A DNA stretch of 64,000 bases from an uncultured delta proteobacterium (GTDB lineage: Bacteria > Desulfobacterota > Binatia > UBA9968): positions 96,001 through 160,000 of the forward strand of contig CAVSHR010000008.1 in the NCBI GenBank assembly GCA_963727625.1, given 5' to 3'. Under the pieces are notes generated by a model that was given only the letters and a program-made list of their open reading frames with translations, did no database searches and was not told the DNA's origin. Of the stretch, positions 19,045-33,942 are shown in pieces. Numbering within the stretch: position 1 is the first letter of the stretch; the number at the start of each line of letters is the position of its first letter. The position numbers and the translations under genes are program-made.

Positions 19045-19086
19045 AAAGGGCAAAGGGTGGCTATATAATCCCTTTGCCCTTTTTTT
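19045..19086 (+). terminator. Rho-independent terminator after rpmE
   Basis: AAAGGGCAAAGGG / CCCTTTGCCCTTT stem followed by a T tract. Confidence 0.8.
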
Positions 19087-19125
19087 ATTCCGGTAATTCC
19101 ATTTTTCTATAATTGTGAACCGGCC

Positions 19126-20229
19126 ATGCTTGATAAACTAGCTGAAGTTGAGAATCGCTACGTGGAGCTGGAAAGGATGATGTTGGATCCCCAGCTCTTA
19201 AGCCAGCAGCGGGAATACTCCAAACTTGCCAAGGAGCGCGCCGAGTTGGAGGAGATCGTCAGTTGTTTCCGCGAATGGCGCAAGGTCGAGCAGGAAATCC
19301 AGGAAAACCGCCAGCTTCTCGACGAGACTGACGAAGCGATTCGCGAGCTGGCGAAAGAAGAGATGACGACTTTGCGCGAACGCAAAGAAGCGCTCGAAAC
19401 TCGCCTGAAAATGCTGATTCTGCCGAAGGATCCTAACGACGCGAAGAACGTGATCGTGGAAATCCGCGCGGGTACCGGCGGCGATGAAGCGGCACTGTTC
19501 GCGGCGGAGCTTTTCCGTATGTACAGCCGGTACGCCGAGTCGCGGCGCTGGCGGGTGGAGATGATGAGCTCGAACCCGACGGGATTGGGCGGGTACAAAG
19601 AAATCATCATAAGCATCGAGGGCAAAGGCGCCTATTCGAGACTCAAATTCGAGGGTGGCGTGCACCGCGTTCAGCGTGTGCCGGTGACCGAAGGTTCGGG
19701 ACGCATACACACCTCGGCGGTGACCGTCGCGGTATTGGCTGAAGCCGACGAAGTGGAAATTGCCATCGATCCCAAAGAGTTGCGTATCGATGTCTTTCGT
19801 TCGTCGGGTCCGGGTGGGCAAAGCGTCAACACGACGGATTCGGCGGTGCGGATCACACATATTCCCACGAGCATAGTGATTTCCTGTCAGGACGAAAAGT
19901 CGCAGCACAAAAACCGCGCCAAGGGTATGAAGATTTTGCGCGCCCGCTTGTTGGAACGAAAGCAGGAAGAGCAACGCTCGGAAATCGCGGCTACGCGCAA
20001 GTTGATGGTTGGCAGCGGCGACCGCAGCGAGCGGATTCGAACCTACAACTTTCCGCAGGGGCGGCTGACCGATCATCGGATCAATTTTACCCTGTATAAG
20101 TTGGAACGGGTGATGGAGGGAGAGCTTGACGAAGTCATCGATGCGCTGATTACCCATTACCAAGCCGAAGTGCTGCGCGCGACTGGATCGGCCGAGCAGA
20201 ATGGAAAACCAGTCAACCGAAACGATTGA
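19126..20229 (+). CDS. prfA: Peptide chain release factor 1
   Basis: GGQ motif (GPGGQSVN), PVT anticodon motif, GTGGDEA. Confidence 0.97.
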   Translation: MLDKLAEVENRYVELERMMLDPQLLSQQREYSKLAKERAELEEIVSCFREWRKVEQEIQENRQLLDETDEAIRELAKEEMTTLRERKEALETRLKMLILPKDPNDAKNVIVEIRAGTGGDEAALFAAELFRMYSRYAESRRWRVEMMSSNPTGLGGYKEIIISIEGKGAYSRLKFEGGVHRVQRVPVTEGSGRIHTSAVTVAVLAEADEVEIAIDPKELRIDVFRSSGPGGQSVNTTDSAVRITHIPTSIVISCQDEKSQHKNRAKGMKILRARLLERKQEEQRSEIAATRKLMVGSGDRSERIRTYNFPQGRLTDHRINFTLYKLERVMEGELDEVIDALITHYQAEVLRATGSAEQNGKPVNRND

Positions 20230-21103
20230 AGCGCCGGCAACGCGACTCTCCGTGGTTCTGCGAGAGGGCGCGTGGCGTTTGCATGCCAGCGGCATCGACA
20301 GCGCGGCTCTCGATGCCGAGCTGCTGCTCGGGCATGTTCTCGAGATCTCCCGAGAACAGTTGGCGACCGCGACCGATAGAGTCCTTAGCCCCTCGAAATT
20401 GCAAGATTACCAGCGCCTTTTGGCGCGGCGCTGCGGTCATGAGCCAGTGGCCTACATCATCGGCAGGCGCGAATTTTGGTCGCTGGATTTTCAGATCACG
20501 CCGGCGGTGCTGATCCCGCGTCCGGAGACTGAACGCTTGGTTGAAATTGTCATCGAGCTGGCTGGCGAAGCAGGCTCTGGGCGACCGCTCCGAATTGTCG
20601 ATATCGGCACCGGCAGCGGCGCCGTTGCGGTCGCGCTGGCGAGCGAGTTGGCAAACGCGGAAATTTTTGCGACGGATATCTCCGCCGAGGCTCTCGCTGT
20701 CGCGGTGGCAAATGCGGCGAGAAATTGCGTCGCCGGCAAAATTGAATTTGCTCACGGTGATCTTTTTGCCGGGTTACCGACGGATCAGCTTTTCGATTTC
20801 ATCGTGTCGAATCCCCCCTATGTTCGCCGCGCTGAAATTGATCGGCTCGATCTTGAGGTGAGCCGTTGGGAACCGCGTGGTGCGTTGGACGGGGGGTTGG
20901 ACGGCCTCGATTTTTATCTGGGCATTGCGGCGCAGTCTTGTCAATATTTATGCCCGAATGGCGCCGTAGTTGTCGAAATCGGTGACGGCATGGGCGAGGC
21001 AGTGGCGGCGCTCTTCAAAGACAGCGCCGGCTGCGCCAGAGTCGAGATTCACAAGGATTACGCTGGAATCGATCGCGTCGTGGTGGCGCGCAAGAGCGTT
21101 TAG
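20201..21103 (+). CDS. prmC: Release factor glutamine methyltransferase
   Basis: [20 protein letters not shown]; follows prfA. Confidence 0.95.
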   Translation: MENQSTETIEAPATRLSVVLREGAWRLHASGIDSAALDAELLLGHVLEISREQLATATDRVLSPSKLQDYQRLLARRCGHEPVAYIIGRREFWSLDFQITPAVLIPRPETERLVEIVIELAGEAGSGRPLRIVDIGTGSGAVAVALASELANAEIFATDISAEALAVAVANAARNCVAGKIEFAHGDLFAGLPTDQLFDFIVSNPPYVRRAEIDRLDLEVSRWEPRGALDGGLDGLDFYLGIAAQSCQYLCPNGAVVVEIGDGMGEAVAALFKDSAGCARVEIHKDYAGIDRVVVARKSV

Positions 21104-21133
21104 AGATCGAGCTCGGCTCAAGGAAACTCGCTG

Positions 21134-22402
21134 GTGGATAAGATCATCATTCAAGGCGGCAAGAGTCTTACCGGGGAAATCACCGCGAGCGGCTCGAAAA
21201 ACGCCGCGCTGCCGGTGTTGATCTCCTCGTTGCTCACAGCGGAGCCCTGCGTGTACCGCCGTATACCCCATCTGGCCGACATCCGCACGACGTTGAAACT
21301 CCTCGCCGGTTTGGGCGTGACAGTCGAGCAGCAACGCTGGCTCCAGGGCGCGGATGATTTAACGCTTGAAGCCGACGGCATCGACAAATGCGAAGCGCCT
21401 TATGATTTGGTTAAAATCATGCGCGCGTCGTTCTTGGTGTTGGGGCCGCTGCTGGCGCGCTTCGGCCAGGCGCGGGTTTCGACGCCGGGCGGTTGCGCCA
21501 TCGGCGCGCGGCCGATCAATCTCCATCTCAAGGGTTTGGAAGCGATGGGCGCGGCCATCGAGCAAAGCCACGGCTACGTGGAAGCCAAGGCGGCTCGATT
21601 GCGCGGCGCGAAAATTTATCTCGATCTACCCTCCGTCGGTGCCACCGAAAATCTCATGATGGCGGCGACGCTCGCCGAAGGCACCACGGTGATCGAAAAC
21701 GCGGCTAAAGAACCTGAGATCGAGGACCTGGCCAACGCTCTCAACGCGATGGGCGGCAGGGTGCAAGGTGCGGGCAGCGATATCGTTCAGATCGACGGCG
21801 TGCGGGCGCTGCATGGCGTGACCCATGACACTATTCCCGACCGTATTGAAGCCGGCAGTTTTGTTATTGCCGCCGCGCTCAACGGACGGGATGTGTTGGT
21901 AAGAGACGCCCGCGCCGAACATCTCGATGCATTTCTCATCAAGCTCAAGGAGGCCGGTATGCGGCTTGCCGCTGATGGCGCAGGGATCCGGGTGCAGCGC
22001 AGCGGCCCGATCAAGAGCGTCGATGTGACTACCCTGGCTTATCCTGGCTTTCCGACCGATCTCCAAGCGCAGATGATGGTGTTGATGGCGGTGGCCGACG
22101 GCGTGAGCGTGATCACTGAAACGATCTTCGAAAATCGTTTTATGCACGTCCTGGAGCTTGACCGCATGGGCGCGCAGATCAAGCTGGAAGGTAATCGCGC
22201 CGTGGTGCGCGGCGTGAAGGAGCTGTCGGGCGCGCCGGTGATGGCCAGCGACTTACGGGCGAGCGTTGCTTTGATACTCGCCGGTCTGGTCGCCAACGGC
22301 ACCACCGAAGTGGCGCGCGTCTATCATCTGGACCGCGGCTACGAATATATCGAAAGAAAATTGTCACAATTGGGCGCAGCCATAGAGCGCGTGCCGGGCT
22401 AG
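21134..22402 (+). CDS. murA: UDP-N-acetylglucosamine 1-carboxyvinyltransferase
   Basis: [39 protein letters not shown]. Confidence 0.97.
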   Translation: MDKIIIQGGKSLTGEITASGSKNAALPVLISSLLTAEPCVYRRIPHLADIRTTLKLLAGLGVTVEQQRWLQGADDLTLEADGIDKCEAPYDLVKIMRASFLVLGPLLARFGQARVSTPGGCAIGARPINLHLKGLEAMGAAIEQSHGYVEAKAARLRGAKIYLDLPSVGATENLMMAATLAEGTTVIENAAKEPEIEDLANALNAMGGRVQGAGSDIVQIDGVRALHGVTHDTIPDRIEAGSFVIAAALNGRDVLVRDARAEHLDAFLIKLKEAGMRLAADGAGIRVQRSGPIKSVDVTTLAYPGFPTDLQAQMMVLMAVADGVSVITETIFENRFMHVLELDRMGAQIKLEGNRAVVRGVKELSGAPVMASDLRASVALILAGLVANGTTEVARVYHLDRGYEYIERKLSQLGAAIERVPG

Positions 22403-22407
22403 AATGC

Positions 22408-22438
22408 GATCAATCGTTCAAGGTTCAATGGTTCAAAG
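22408..22438 (+). repeat. Tandem GTTCAA(N1-2) array at the murA-hisD junction
   Basis: GATCAATC GTTCAAG GTTCAATG GTTCAAAG. Confidence 0.8.
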
Positions 22439-22471
22439 CGATTGCGCAAGCGCCGAGATTCGGTTTTAGGG

Positions 22472-23758
22472 ATGAAAATCAGACTGGTCAAAACTACCGA
22501 TGCGGCATTCAAGCCGTTTATCGGCCGGATTCTCGCGCGACGGGGCACGCGCGATGGCGCAGTCGAGCGCCGCGTAGCCGAGATCGTCGCTGCGGTGCAA
22601 AAACAAGGAGACCGAGCCCTGCTACGCTATACCGAACGTTTCGATCACGTACGCCTCAGCCGAGCGACCATGGAAGTCCAGCCAGCCGAGATCGAGCGCG
22701 CTTTGGCCAATGTGCCAGGTAAGGACTTGGCGACTTTGCGATTCGCCGCCAAGCGGATCGCCGCGTTTCACCGCCGCCAACTGCAGAAAAGCTGGGAATA
22801 TCGCGACCCGCTCGGCGCCCGGCTCGGCCAAAGGATCACGCCGCTGGAGCGCGTCGGCGTTTATGTGCCGGGCGGCAAAGCGTCTTATCCATCGACCGTG
22901 TTGATGAACACGATTCCCGCGAGAGTCGCGGGAGTCAACGAAATCATCATGACCTCGCCCATCGGCGCCAGCGGCGACATCATTCTTGCCGCGGCGCATA
23001 TCGCCGGTGTCGATCGGATCTTTCGCGTCGGCGGAGCGCAAGCGGTCGCGGCTTTGGCTTTCGGCACCCAAGCGATTCCCAAGGTCGACAAGATCGTCGG
23101 ACCGGGCAATCTTTATGTTGCCACCGCCAAACGGCTGGTGTTCGGAGAGGTGAGCATCGACTCGATCGCCGGGCCGAGTGAGATCCTGCTCTTGGCCGAC
23201 GCGTCGGCCGATCCGCTCCATGTCGCCGCCGATATGCTGTCGCAGGCCGAGCATGACGAGTTGGCAGCGGCGCTGTGCGTGACCGGGTCGATGGCGACGG
23301 CACGGAAGATTCAAAACGCCATCGAAAAACAGCTGCTGAGCACGAAACGACAGGCAATCAGTCTCCAGTCGCTGGCGAAATACGGCGCGATTATCGTCGC
23401 GCGCGGCACAAAGGAGATGGTCGAGCTGGCCAACGCGATCGCGCCGGAGCATATCGAGTTGATCGTTAAACAGCCGCGAAAGCTGGCCAAACAGATCCGC
23501 AACGCCGGCGCAATATTTTTGGGGCCTTATTCGGCGCCGCCGCTGGGCGATTATCTCGCCGGCCCTAATCACGTCTTGCCCACCGGCGGCACCGCACGGT
23601 TTTTTTCGCCACTCGGTACCTATGATTTTCTCAAGCGCACCACCGTGATTCAGGCGGAACGGCGCGCGCTGCGCAGTCTGGCGCCGAAACTCATCCAGCT
23701 GGCGCGTCTCGAGGGGCTCTACGATCACGCGCATTCAGTGGAAGTTCGATTCAAGTAG
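22472..23758 (+). CDS. hisD: Histidinol dehydrogenase
   Basis: [39 protein letters not shown]. Confidence 0.96.
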   Translation: MKIRLVKTTDAAFKPFIGRILARRGTRDGAVERRVAEIVAAVQKQGDRALLRYTERFDHVRLSRATMEVQPAEIERALANVPGKDLATLRFAAKRIAAFHRRQLQKSWEYRDPLGARLGQRITPLERVGVYVPGGKASYPSTVLMNTIPARVAGVNEIIMTSPIGASGDIILAAAHIAGVDRIFRVGGAQAVAALAFGTQAIPKVDKIVGPGNLYVATAKRLVFGEVSIDSIAGPSEILLLADASADPLHVAADMLSQAEHDELAAALCVTGSMATARKIQNAIEKQLLSTKRQAISLQSLAKYGAIIVARGTKEMVELANAIAPEHIELIVKQPRKLAKQIRNAGAIFLGPYSAPPLGDYLAGPNHVLPTGGTARFFSPLGTYDFLKRTTVIQAERRALRSLAPKLIQLARLEGLYDHAHSVEVRFK

Positions 23759-23771
23759 GCGAGGAGCATTT

Positions 23772-24359
23772 ATGGGACGAAGCACAAAAGTTGCTCGCAA
23801 GACCAAGGAGACCGATATTACGGTTACTTTAGAAATCGACGGGTCCGGCCAAGCCGAGATCGAAACCGGCATGCCGTTTTTCAATCATATGCTCGATAGC
23901 TTCAGCCGCCACGGCTTTTTCAATATCACCGTTCGAGCGAAGGGCGATCTCGATGTCGACCTGCATCACACGGTGGAGGACGTCGGCTTGGTGTTGGGCC
24001 AGGCGTTCAAGGACGCGTTGGGCCAAAAGCACGGCATCCGGCGCTTCGGTGAGGCCAGTTGCCCGCTCGACGAAACTCTCGCCAAAGTGGTCGTCGACCT
24101 GAGCGGCCGGCCCTATCTTTCTTACAACGTCAAGATCCGTCCCGGCCGCGTCGGCGATTTCGACACCGACTTGCCGCACGAGTTTTTCGCCGCTTTCGCC
24201 AATCAGCTCGGCATGAACCTGCATATCGACGTGCCGCGCGGCGAAAACCCGCATCACATCATCGAGGCTTGCTTCAAGGCGTTCGCCCGCGCCATGGACA
24301 TGGCGACGCAGCTCGATCCGCGCGTGCAGGGCGCGCTCTCGACCAAAGGGACGCTGTAG
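23772..24359 (+). CDS. hisB: Imidazoleglycerol-phosphate dehydratase
   Basis: [31 protein letters not shown]. Confidence 0.96.
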   Translation: MGRSTKVARKTKETDITVTLEIDGSGQAEIETGMPFFNHMLDSFSRHGFFNITVRAKGDLDVDLHHTVEDVGLVLGQAFKDALGQKHGIRRFGEASCPLDETLAKVVVDLSGRPYLSYNVKIRPGRVGDFDTDLPHEFFAAFANQLGMNLHIDVPRGENPHHIIEACFKAFARAMDMATQLDPRVQGALSTKGTL

Positions 24360-24393
24360 AAATTGAGTTCAGTTCGTTCCAGGCGAAAAATCT

Positions 24394-25011
24394 ATGATTG
24401 CAGTGATCGATTACGGCATGGGCAACCTGCGCAGCGTGCAAAAGGGGCTGGAGCGCACCGGCTCGGTGGCTGAGATCACCCGCGATTTGGCCAAGATTCA
24501 AACGGCGCGCGGCGTGGTTTTGCCCGGCGTCGGCGCCTTCAGCGCCTGCATGGAAAACCTCGGCAAGTTCGGCTTGATCGAACCAATTTGCGAGATCGTC
24601 CGGCGGCAAACACCGTTCCTGGGCATCTGTCTCGGGTTCCAGTTGCTTTTTTCCGAGAGCGAGGAGTTCGGCCGTCAGAAAGGGCTAAATCTGTTTCCCG
24701 GAAAAGTGGTCGGCTTTCACGCCAAAGAAAATCTCAAAGTGCCGCATATGGGCTGGAATCGCATCGAGAAAAAATTGGACTCGCCGTTTCTCGACGGGCT
24801 TTCGAGCGGTGATTACGTTTACTTCGTGCACTCGTTCTACGTCGTGCCCGGCGACAACTCGATCGTCGCCACGACCACGGAGTATGGCGATTCATTCGTC
24901 TCCAGCATCGCGACCGAGTCCCTGTTCGCCTGTCAATTTCATCCGGAAAAGAGCCAGGAGCTGGGGCTGCGCATTCTCGCCAACTTTGGTCGTTTTGTAA
25001 ATTCGAATTAA
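24394..25011 (+). CDS. hisH: Imidazole glycerol phosphate synthase, glutaminase subunit
   Basis: DYGMGNLRS, LGICLG, PHMGWN, QFHPEKS. Confidence 0.96.
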   Translation: MIAVIDYGMGNLRSVQKGLERTGSVAEITRDLAKIQTARGVVLPGVGAFSACMENLGKFGLIEPICEIVRRQTPFLGICLGFQLLFSESEEFGRQKGLNLFPGKVVGFHAKENLKVPHMGWNRIEKKLDSPFLDGLSSGDYVYFVHSFYVVPGDNSIVATTTEYGDSFVSSIATESLFACQFHPEKSQELGLRILANFGRFVNSN

Positions 25012-25015
25012 GTTC

Positions 25016-25738
25016 ATGCTGATCATTCCCGCGATCGATCTCAAAGATGGCCGCTGCGTGCGCCTGTTTCAGGGGGAAATGGACAAGGAAACCGTCTATT
25101 TTGAAAATCCCGTCGACGCCGCGAAACATTGGGCCGCCGAGGGCGCAACTTTTTTACACATCGTCGATCTGAACGGCGCCGTCGAAGCCCGGCCGGTGCA
25201 TACCAAAGAAGTCGCAGCGATTGCCAAACAACCGGGATTGTCAGTGGAGCTCGGCGGCGGGCTAAGGTCGATCGAAGCCGTCGAGGCTGCGCTTGAGCTC
25301 GGCGTGGCACGGGTCGTGATCGGCACCGCCGCCTACGACAACGCCGAATTTTTCCGCGTTCTGTGCAAAAAATTCCCTGGAAAAATAGTCGTCGGCATCG
25401 ACGCGCGCCAGGGCAAAGTGGCGGTCAAGGGCTGGACGGAAACCACCGCGATGGCGTCCGTCGAGCTGGCTAAGCGCTGCGAAGGTGCTGGCGCGGCGCG
25501 GATCATCTACACCGATATCAGCCGCGATGGCACGCGCGACGGCGTGAACCTCGACGAAACGCTAAAAATCGCTGAGGCCGTACGAATTCCCGTCATTGCA
25601 TCAGGTGGCGTGGCGACGCTGGACGACATTCGCAAGCTTTTGTCGCTGGAGAAAGACGGCGTCGAGGGCGTGATCGTGGGGAAAGCGCTGTATGCGGGGG
25701 CGTTTACATTGCGGGATGGGTTAAACGCTATGAGCTGA
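25016..25738 (+). CDS. hisA: ProFAR isomerase
   Basis: IPAIDLKDGRCVRL, HIVDLNGA, GGGLR, TDISRDG, IASGGV. Confidence 0.96.
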   Translation: MLIIPAIDLKDGRCVRLFQGEMDKETVYFENPVDAAKHWAAEGATFLHIVDLNGAVEARPVHTKEVAAIAKQPGLSVELGGGLRSIEAVEAALELGVARVVIGTAAYDNAEFFRVLCKKFPGKIVVGIDARQGKVAVKGWTETTAMASVELAKRCEGAGAARIIYTDISRDGTRDGVNLDETLKIAEAVRIPVIASGGVATLDDIRKLLSLEKDGVEGVIVGKALYAGAFTLRDGLNAMS

Positions 25739-25976
25739 TGCGATCTCGGCGAATGGCGATATCCGGTGTCTGCACAAGTCGCGTCCCGCTGAGTAGTCAG
25801 CGTTTTCAATACAACGCTCAACCATAGGACTCAGGGGACTACGAACAGTTTCATGGTCGCACTTCATGGCACACGAAGTCGGGCGGGCGAAACAGGCGCA
25901 CGGCTTCGCCCTATCGGTGAAGATTGCCCGGCCAAGGCCATTTGGCAATTTCGCAAAAAGATGAATATATGAAGAA

Positions 25977-27305
25977 ATGAACTCCAACAGCTCAGACAAA
26001 ACCGCGAAGCAACCGCCGCTGTCGCTCCCTTTTTACTACGGCTGGCTTGTCGTAGCGCTCTGTTTTTTAACCACTTTGACCAGCGCAGGTGTGCGCTCAT
26101 CGCCGTCGGTTCTGATCCATCCGCTAGAAGCGGAATTCGGTTGGAGCCGCACGCTCATCGCCTCGGCGATCAGTATGAATCTATTGTTGTTTGGCATTGC
26201 TGCGCCGATTACCGGAATTTTGATCGATCGCTTCGGCCCACGCAAAATCATGATGGGGAGCCTGACCCTGCTCATTTTGGGGGTCAGCGGCACTATCGTC
26301 ATGACCCAATTTTGGCAATTTTTTTTAGTCTGGGGCGTCATTGTTGGGGTGGGCGCCGGCGGCGTGGGCTCGGTATTGACGGCAACGGTGGGCAACCGCT
26401 GGTTCGTCGCCAAGCGCGGCCTCGCCCTGGGGATTCTTGGCAGCGCCAGCTCGACCGGTCAGCTTATTTTTCTTCCTCTATTCATGGCGATGATCACCTA
26501 CGCCGGCTGGCGCCTGGGATCGATGACCCTGATCATCGTCGCCTTGCTTATCCTGCCGTTGATTTTTTTCTTTATGCGCGACGATCCATCTGAGGTTGGA
26601 TTAGAACCTTACGGTGCCGGTGATCCGGACGCGGCAAAAGCTGGCGCAACATCTTTGCGCGGCATGCCGGCGAAAAACGCCACGATCACGGTCAAGGAAG
26701 TGATTGGCCATCCGACTTTTTGGCTGCTCGCTGGAAGTTTTTTCGTTTGCGGCGGCACCGCCAATGGTCTGATCGGCACACACCTGATACCGCACGAAAT
26801 CGAGATCGGTATTCCGCAAATCGCCGCCGCGTCGGTGCTCGCCATCATGGGCGGACTGAATATGGTCGGGACGATTTTTTCCGGTTGGATGGTCGATCGG
26901 GTCAAACCGCAGCGCTGGCTCGCGCTGGTGTTTACGCTGCGCGGCGTGTCACTGCTGATCTTGCCCTTTGTCAGGGACTTCAGTGGCTTGGTATATTTTG
27001 CGATTATCTATGGTTTCGATTGGTTCGCTACGGTGCCCCCAACTATGGCGATCACCGCCGATACCTTCGGCCGGCAGAACGTCGGCAGGGTTTACGGCTT
27101 GATTTTTATGTCGCATCAAATCGGCGCGGCGATCATGGCGTCGACTGCGGGCGCGATGCGCACCTGGATGGGCGACTACCAGCTTGCGTTTCTTTCCGGG
27201 GGCGTGATTGCGATGATGGCGGCGGGGTTGGCGTTGCAGATCAAGACCCAACCGCGGGAAGCCGTGAGCCCGCCTCCGGCGGGAGCGCAGCCTGCGAGAG
27301 CGTAA
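25977..27305 (+). CDS. MFS transporter
   Basis: About 12 hydrophobic segments; motif A GILIDRFGPR. Confidence 0.9.
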   Translation: MNSNSSDKTAKQPPLSLPFYYGWLVVALCFLTTLTSAGVRSSPSVLIHPLEAEFGWSRTLIASAISMNLLLFGIAAPITGILIDRFGPRKIMMGSLTLLILGVSGTIVMTQFWQFFLVWGVIVGVGAGGVGSVLTATVGNRWFVAKRGLALGILGSASSTGQLIFLPLFMAMITYAGWRLGSMTLIIVALLILPLIFFFMRDDPSEVGLEPYGAGDPDAAKAGATSLRGMPAKNATITVKEVIGHPTFWLLAGSFFVCGGTANGLIGTHLIPHEIEIGIPQIAAASVLAIMGGLNMVGTIFSGWMVDRVKPQRWLALVFTLRGVSLLILPFVRDFSGLVYFAIIYGFDWFATVPPTMAITADTFGRQNVGRVYGLIFMSHQIGAAIMASTAGAMRTWMGDYQLAFLSGGVIAMMAAGLALQIKTQPREAVSPPPAGAQPARA

Positions 27306-27312
27306 GCGAAAA

Positions 27313-27378
27313 GTTTGTAGTTGCTGGTTTTCAGTTCCTGGTTAATACGGCCGCAAATAGAAACCAGGAAGCAGGAAC
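27313..27378. repeat. Inverted heptad-repeat hairpin between convergent genes (possible bidirectional terminator)
   Basis: GTTTGTA GTTGCTG GTTTTCA GTTCCTG ... TAGAAAC CAGGAAG CAGGAAC. Confidence 0.7.
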
Positions 27379-27384
27379 ATTGAG

Positions 27385-27801
27385 TCAGTCGGATTCGGTA
27401 AAGTTGGACACGCGCCACTGGCCGGCTTCCCGGCGCGCGGTGACCAGCCATTTCCTGGTGAAAGCTGTCCCGTCGTCGGACTGAATGGTGCCCTCGTAGA
27501 GAAAGGTGGCCCGCTCGGGTCCTTCTTTTTTCTCCAATAATTTATAATTAATTCGCGGCTTGTGCGTCGATGCGTCGATTTTTTGGCCGACGGTGAGACG
27601 CTGCTCTTCGTTCAATTTGTGCAGCGCAAGACTGACCGCGAGGGCCTTTGCCTTGGCGAGATCGATATTGACGTAATGTTGATCGACAAATTCTTCGACC
27701 ACACCCTTCGCCGTGTTGAGGTCGTGGCCGCAGGCGCCGATGGAAAATATTAACAGCGAAATGCCGAGCAGAATAGGACAGTACCGTTTGAGAAATTTCA
27801 T
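27385..27801 (-). CDS. Hypothetical lipoprotein
   Basis: MKFLKRY... signal with IGAC lipobox; likely start at ATG 27801. Confidence 0.7.
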   Translation of the reverse strand: MKFLKRYCPILLGISLLIFSIGACGHDLNTAKGVVEEFVDQHYVNIDLAKAKALAVSLALHKLNEEQRLTVGQKIDASTHKPRINYKLLEKKEGPERATFLYEGTIQSDDGTAFTRKWLVTARREAGQWRVSNFTESD

Positions 27802-27809
27802 AGCTTTAC

Positions 27810-28598
27810 TTAACGGACATGCTTCATGAGCCAAGCCAGCGATTCTTCGACCGCTGCTTGCATAACCGCCGGGTTGGAGAGCCGGTGATCGGTGTCTTTG
27901 AGAATCGACAAACGCTTCGAGTTGTCCAGGCAGCTGTTGAGTTCATAGGCCTCCTCGACGGGCACGATTTCATCGGCGTCGCCGTGCAGGATCAAAACCG
28001 GACAGCTGACGTTGCGCGCCGCCGCTGCCACGTCCAGCCGATCTAGATCTTCAAGCAGCGAAACGTTCAAACGCTGGCCGTTGTAGTGAGTGAAGCCGCG
28101 CTCGCGCCACTCTTGCAGCTGGGCGGCGGTCAGTATGCGGCGCGGAAATCTTTCTGGATGGAGCGGCGCGGCGACGGTCACCAAACCGGTCACCGCCGGT
28201 TCTTGGGCTGCGAACAACAATGCGACCGTGCCACCCATGCTCGAGCCGAGAATCGCAGTCTTACCTGGGCGGTGGCTTTGGACCACGGCATAACCCGCCT
28301 TGAGATCGTCGACCTCGCCGCTGTAGGTGATGTCTTCAAACTTGCCGCTCGACTCGCCGACATAGGAAAAATCAAAGCGCAGGGTCAATACACCACTTTG
28401 CGCGAGCTTCCGTCCCAAGAAAACGAGTTTTTCGCTATTCTTGTTCGAGTCCATGCCGTGGCAGAGAATGACCGCGCCGGTGGAATTTTCCGCCGATGGA
28501 TGATGCAGCACGCCGCTCAGGGTGTCGCCGCGGCGGTTGCGAAAGCTGATTTTTTCTTCGCGCACAAATCTTTTCTCGTTCGTTTCCATTTTAGCCAT
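27810..28598 (-). CDS. Alpha/beta hydrolase
   Basis: CHG oxyanion motif, GSSMGG nucleophile, HGDAD, DH triad residues. Confidence 0.9.
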   Translation of the reverse strand: MAKMETNEKRFVREEKISFRNRRGDTLSGVLHHPSAENSTGAVILCHGMDSNKNSEKLVFLGRKLAQSGVLTLRFDFSYVGESSGKFEDITYSGEVDDLKAGYAVVQSHRPGKTAILGSSMGGTVALLFAAQEPAVTGLVTVAAPLHPERFPRRILTAAQLQEWRERGFTHYNGQRLNVSLLEDLDRLDVAAAARNVSCPVLILHGDADEIVPVEEAYELNSCLDNSKRLSILKDTDHRLSNPAVMQAAVEESLAWLMKHVR

Positions 28599-28688
28599 AA
28601 CATTTCCGCTCGGGTGCGGAAAGCAGACCGAGGAGATTTCGTTATTTAGCCTGGCATGTTATTCTCGGGTTATTAGGGAACGAAGTCC

Positions 28689-29597
28689 GTGGACGCGCTC
28701 ATTCACCAATACACCGAGCATTTGCGCGGCGAGCGTAACGTGTCGCCGCATACGCTCAGAAACTATTTGAGCGATCTGGCGCAATTCGGCGGGTTTTTGC
28801 GCGAGCGTGAGTTTTGTCTCGACTCGCACGGCTTGGTCGACCCGCGCAAGATCGATGTGCATATCCTACGTGCGTATCTGGCGGCTCTAGCGAAAGATCG
28901 GAAAAAGAGCTCCGTCGGCAGAAAGCTCGCCGCGTTAAAGGGATTTTTCCGCTATCTGGTAAACGCCCGTAAGCTCGATAAGGATCCGTTGCTGCTGATT
29001 CACGCGCCCAAACAAGAGAAGCCGCTGCCGGCGTTTCTTTCCGTCGACGATGTCTTCCTGCTCCTAGGCGGGATCAAAATCGACAACGGTCTCGACATAC
29101 GCGACCGGGCGGCGTTGGAGGTTTTTTATTCAACCGGGATTCGGGTGAGCGAGCTGGTCGGTTTGAACTGGGCCGATGTCGATTTCCAACTGGGAATCAT
29201 TCGCGTGGTCGGCAAAGGTTCGAAAGAACGGATCGTGCCGATCGGAGAGATTGCCTTACAGGCCTTGCGCGATTACGGCCGGGAGCAGCGTCAAAAATGG
29301 CATTTTAGCGCCAAGGGTGAAACCGCGGTTTACTTGAATAATCGCGGTCAACGAATCACCACGCGGAGCGTGGCGCGCGTCGTGGAAAAACATTTGAAGC
29401 GGGCCGGCATCCAAGTCAAAATGGGGCCGCACGGGTTGCGGCACAGTTTTGCCACTCACTTGCTCAACAGCGGTGCCGACTTGCGCGTGATTCAGGAACT
29501 GCTGGGCCACGCCAGTTTATCGACGACCCAAAAATATACCCATTTAAATCTGGACGCGTTGACCGCGGTCTATGACAAGGCACATCCGAGAGCCTAG
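28689..29597 (+). CDS. xerC: Chromosomal tyrosine recombinase XerC
   Basis: SPHTLRNY, TGIRVSE, GKGSKER, HGLRHSFATH, LLGH, TQKY; position upstream of hslVU. Confidence 0.88.
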   Translation: MDALIHQYTEHLRGERNVSPHTLRNYLSDLAQFGGFLREREFCLDSHGLVDPRKIDVHILRAYLAALAKDRKKSSVGRKLAALKGFFRYLVNARKLDKDPLLLIHAPKQEKPLPAFLSVDDVFLLLGGIKIDNGLDIRDRAALEVFYSTGIRVSELVGLNWADVDFQLGIIRVVGKGSKERIVPIGEIALQALRDYGREQRQKWHFSAKGETAVYLNNRGQRITTRSVARVVEKHLKRAGIQVKMGPHGLRHSFATHLLNSGADLRVIQELLGHASLSTTQKYTHLNLDALTAVYDKAHPRA

Positions 29598-29602
29598 AGA
29601 AC

Positions 29603-29689
29603 GCACGAGGCTTGAGGCGACAGGCATGAGAAAGACAGGGGAAGCCAACTGAATTTAATTACTCATGTCTCAGGCCTCGTGCCTCGCGC
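29603..29689. repeat. Inverted heptad-repeat hairpin at the xerC-hslV junction
   Basis: GCACGAG GCTTGAG GCGACAG GCATGAG ... CTCATGT CTCAGGC CTCGTGC CTCGCGC. Confidence 0.8.
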
Positions 29690-29703
29690 CCAGGAATTCG
29701 AAA

Positions 29704-30234
29704 ATGTTTGAAGGCACGACCATATTGGCGATCCGGCACGGCGGCAAAGTCGTGGTGGTGGGCGATGGGCAGGTGAGTTTGGGCCAGACCGTGATGAAGC
29801 GTAGCGCGCGCAAGGTGCGCAAGCTGCATCATGACAGGGTCATCGCCGGTTTCGCCGGCGCGACGGCGGATGCTTTCACGTTATTCGAAAAGTTTGACGC
29901 CAAGCTGGAACAGTTCAACGGCAACCTCAAGCGCGCGGCGGTCGAATTGGCCAAAGATTGGCGCACCGATCGCGTGCTGCGCCGGCTCGAGGCGCTGATG
30001 GTGATTGCCGACATCGACGATTTACTGGTCATCTCCGGCGCGGGCGATGTCATTGAGCCGGACGACGGCGTTATCGCTATCGGTTCGGGAGGCAACTATG
30101 CGCTGGCTGCGGCGCGAGTCCTGGTCAAGCACACGCAGTTGGATGCCCGGGTCATCGCCGAGGAAGCGATGCGCGTCGCCGCCGGTATCTGCGTTTACAC
30201 CAACGATCAGCTTACCTTCGAAGAGTTGCCCTAG
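29704..30234 (+). CDS. hslV: ATP-dependent protease, peptidase subunit
   Basis: GTTILA N-terminal Thr, [17 protein letters not shown]. Confidence 0.97.
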   Translation: MFEGTTILAIRHGGKVVVVGDGQVSLGQTVMKRSARKVRKLHHDRVIAGFAGATADAFTLFEKFDAKLEQFNGNLKRAAVELAKDWRTDRVLRRLEALMVIADIDDLLVISGAGDVIEPDDGVIAIGSGGNYALAAARVLVKHTQLDARVIAEEAMRVAAGICVYTNDQLTFEELP

Positions 30235-30439
30235 GGGGCGGGGCCGCTTACGGCCAATTTCAGTCGCCACCGGAGTTTCGCGCGCCGCGCCTTGAGCGGC
30301 TTATAATTAGCCGCGCCACCAAGACTCCATCCGGATCCAACTCAGCCGAAATTCCGGGGTTTTTTGGCAAGCCGCGCAGCTTGCGGGGACCGGCGAATGA
30401 TTGCTTTTCCTGGAGGAATTGTTAGGAGTGAGTATTCCT

Positions 30440-33920
<3,481 letters not shown>

Positions 33921-33942
33921 GCCGGCGCGCCAACGTCGTGAC

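Noticed and set aside
28689-29597. xerC as a mobile-element integrase
   Set aside because: It sits in the conserved xerC-hslV-hslU context with no att site or cargo.
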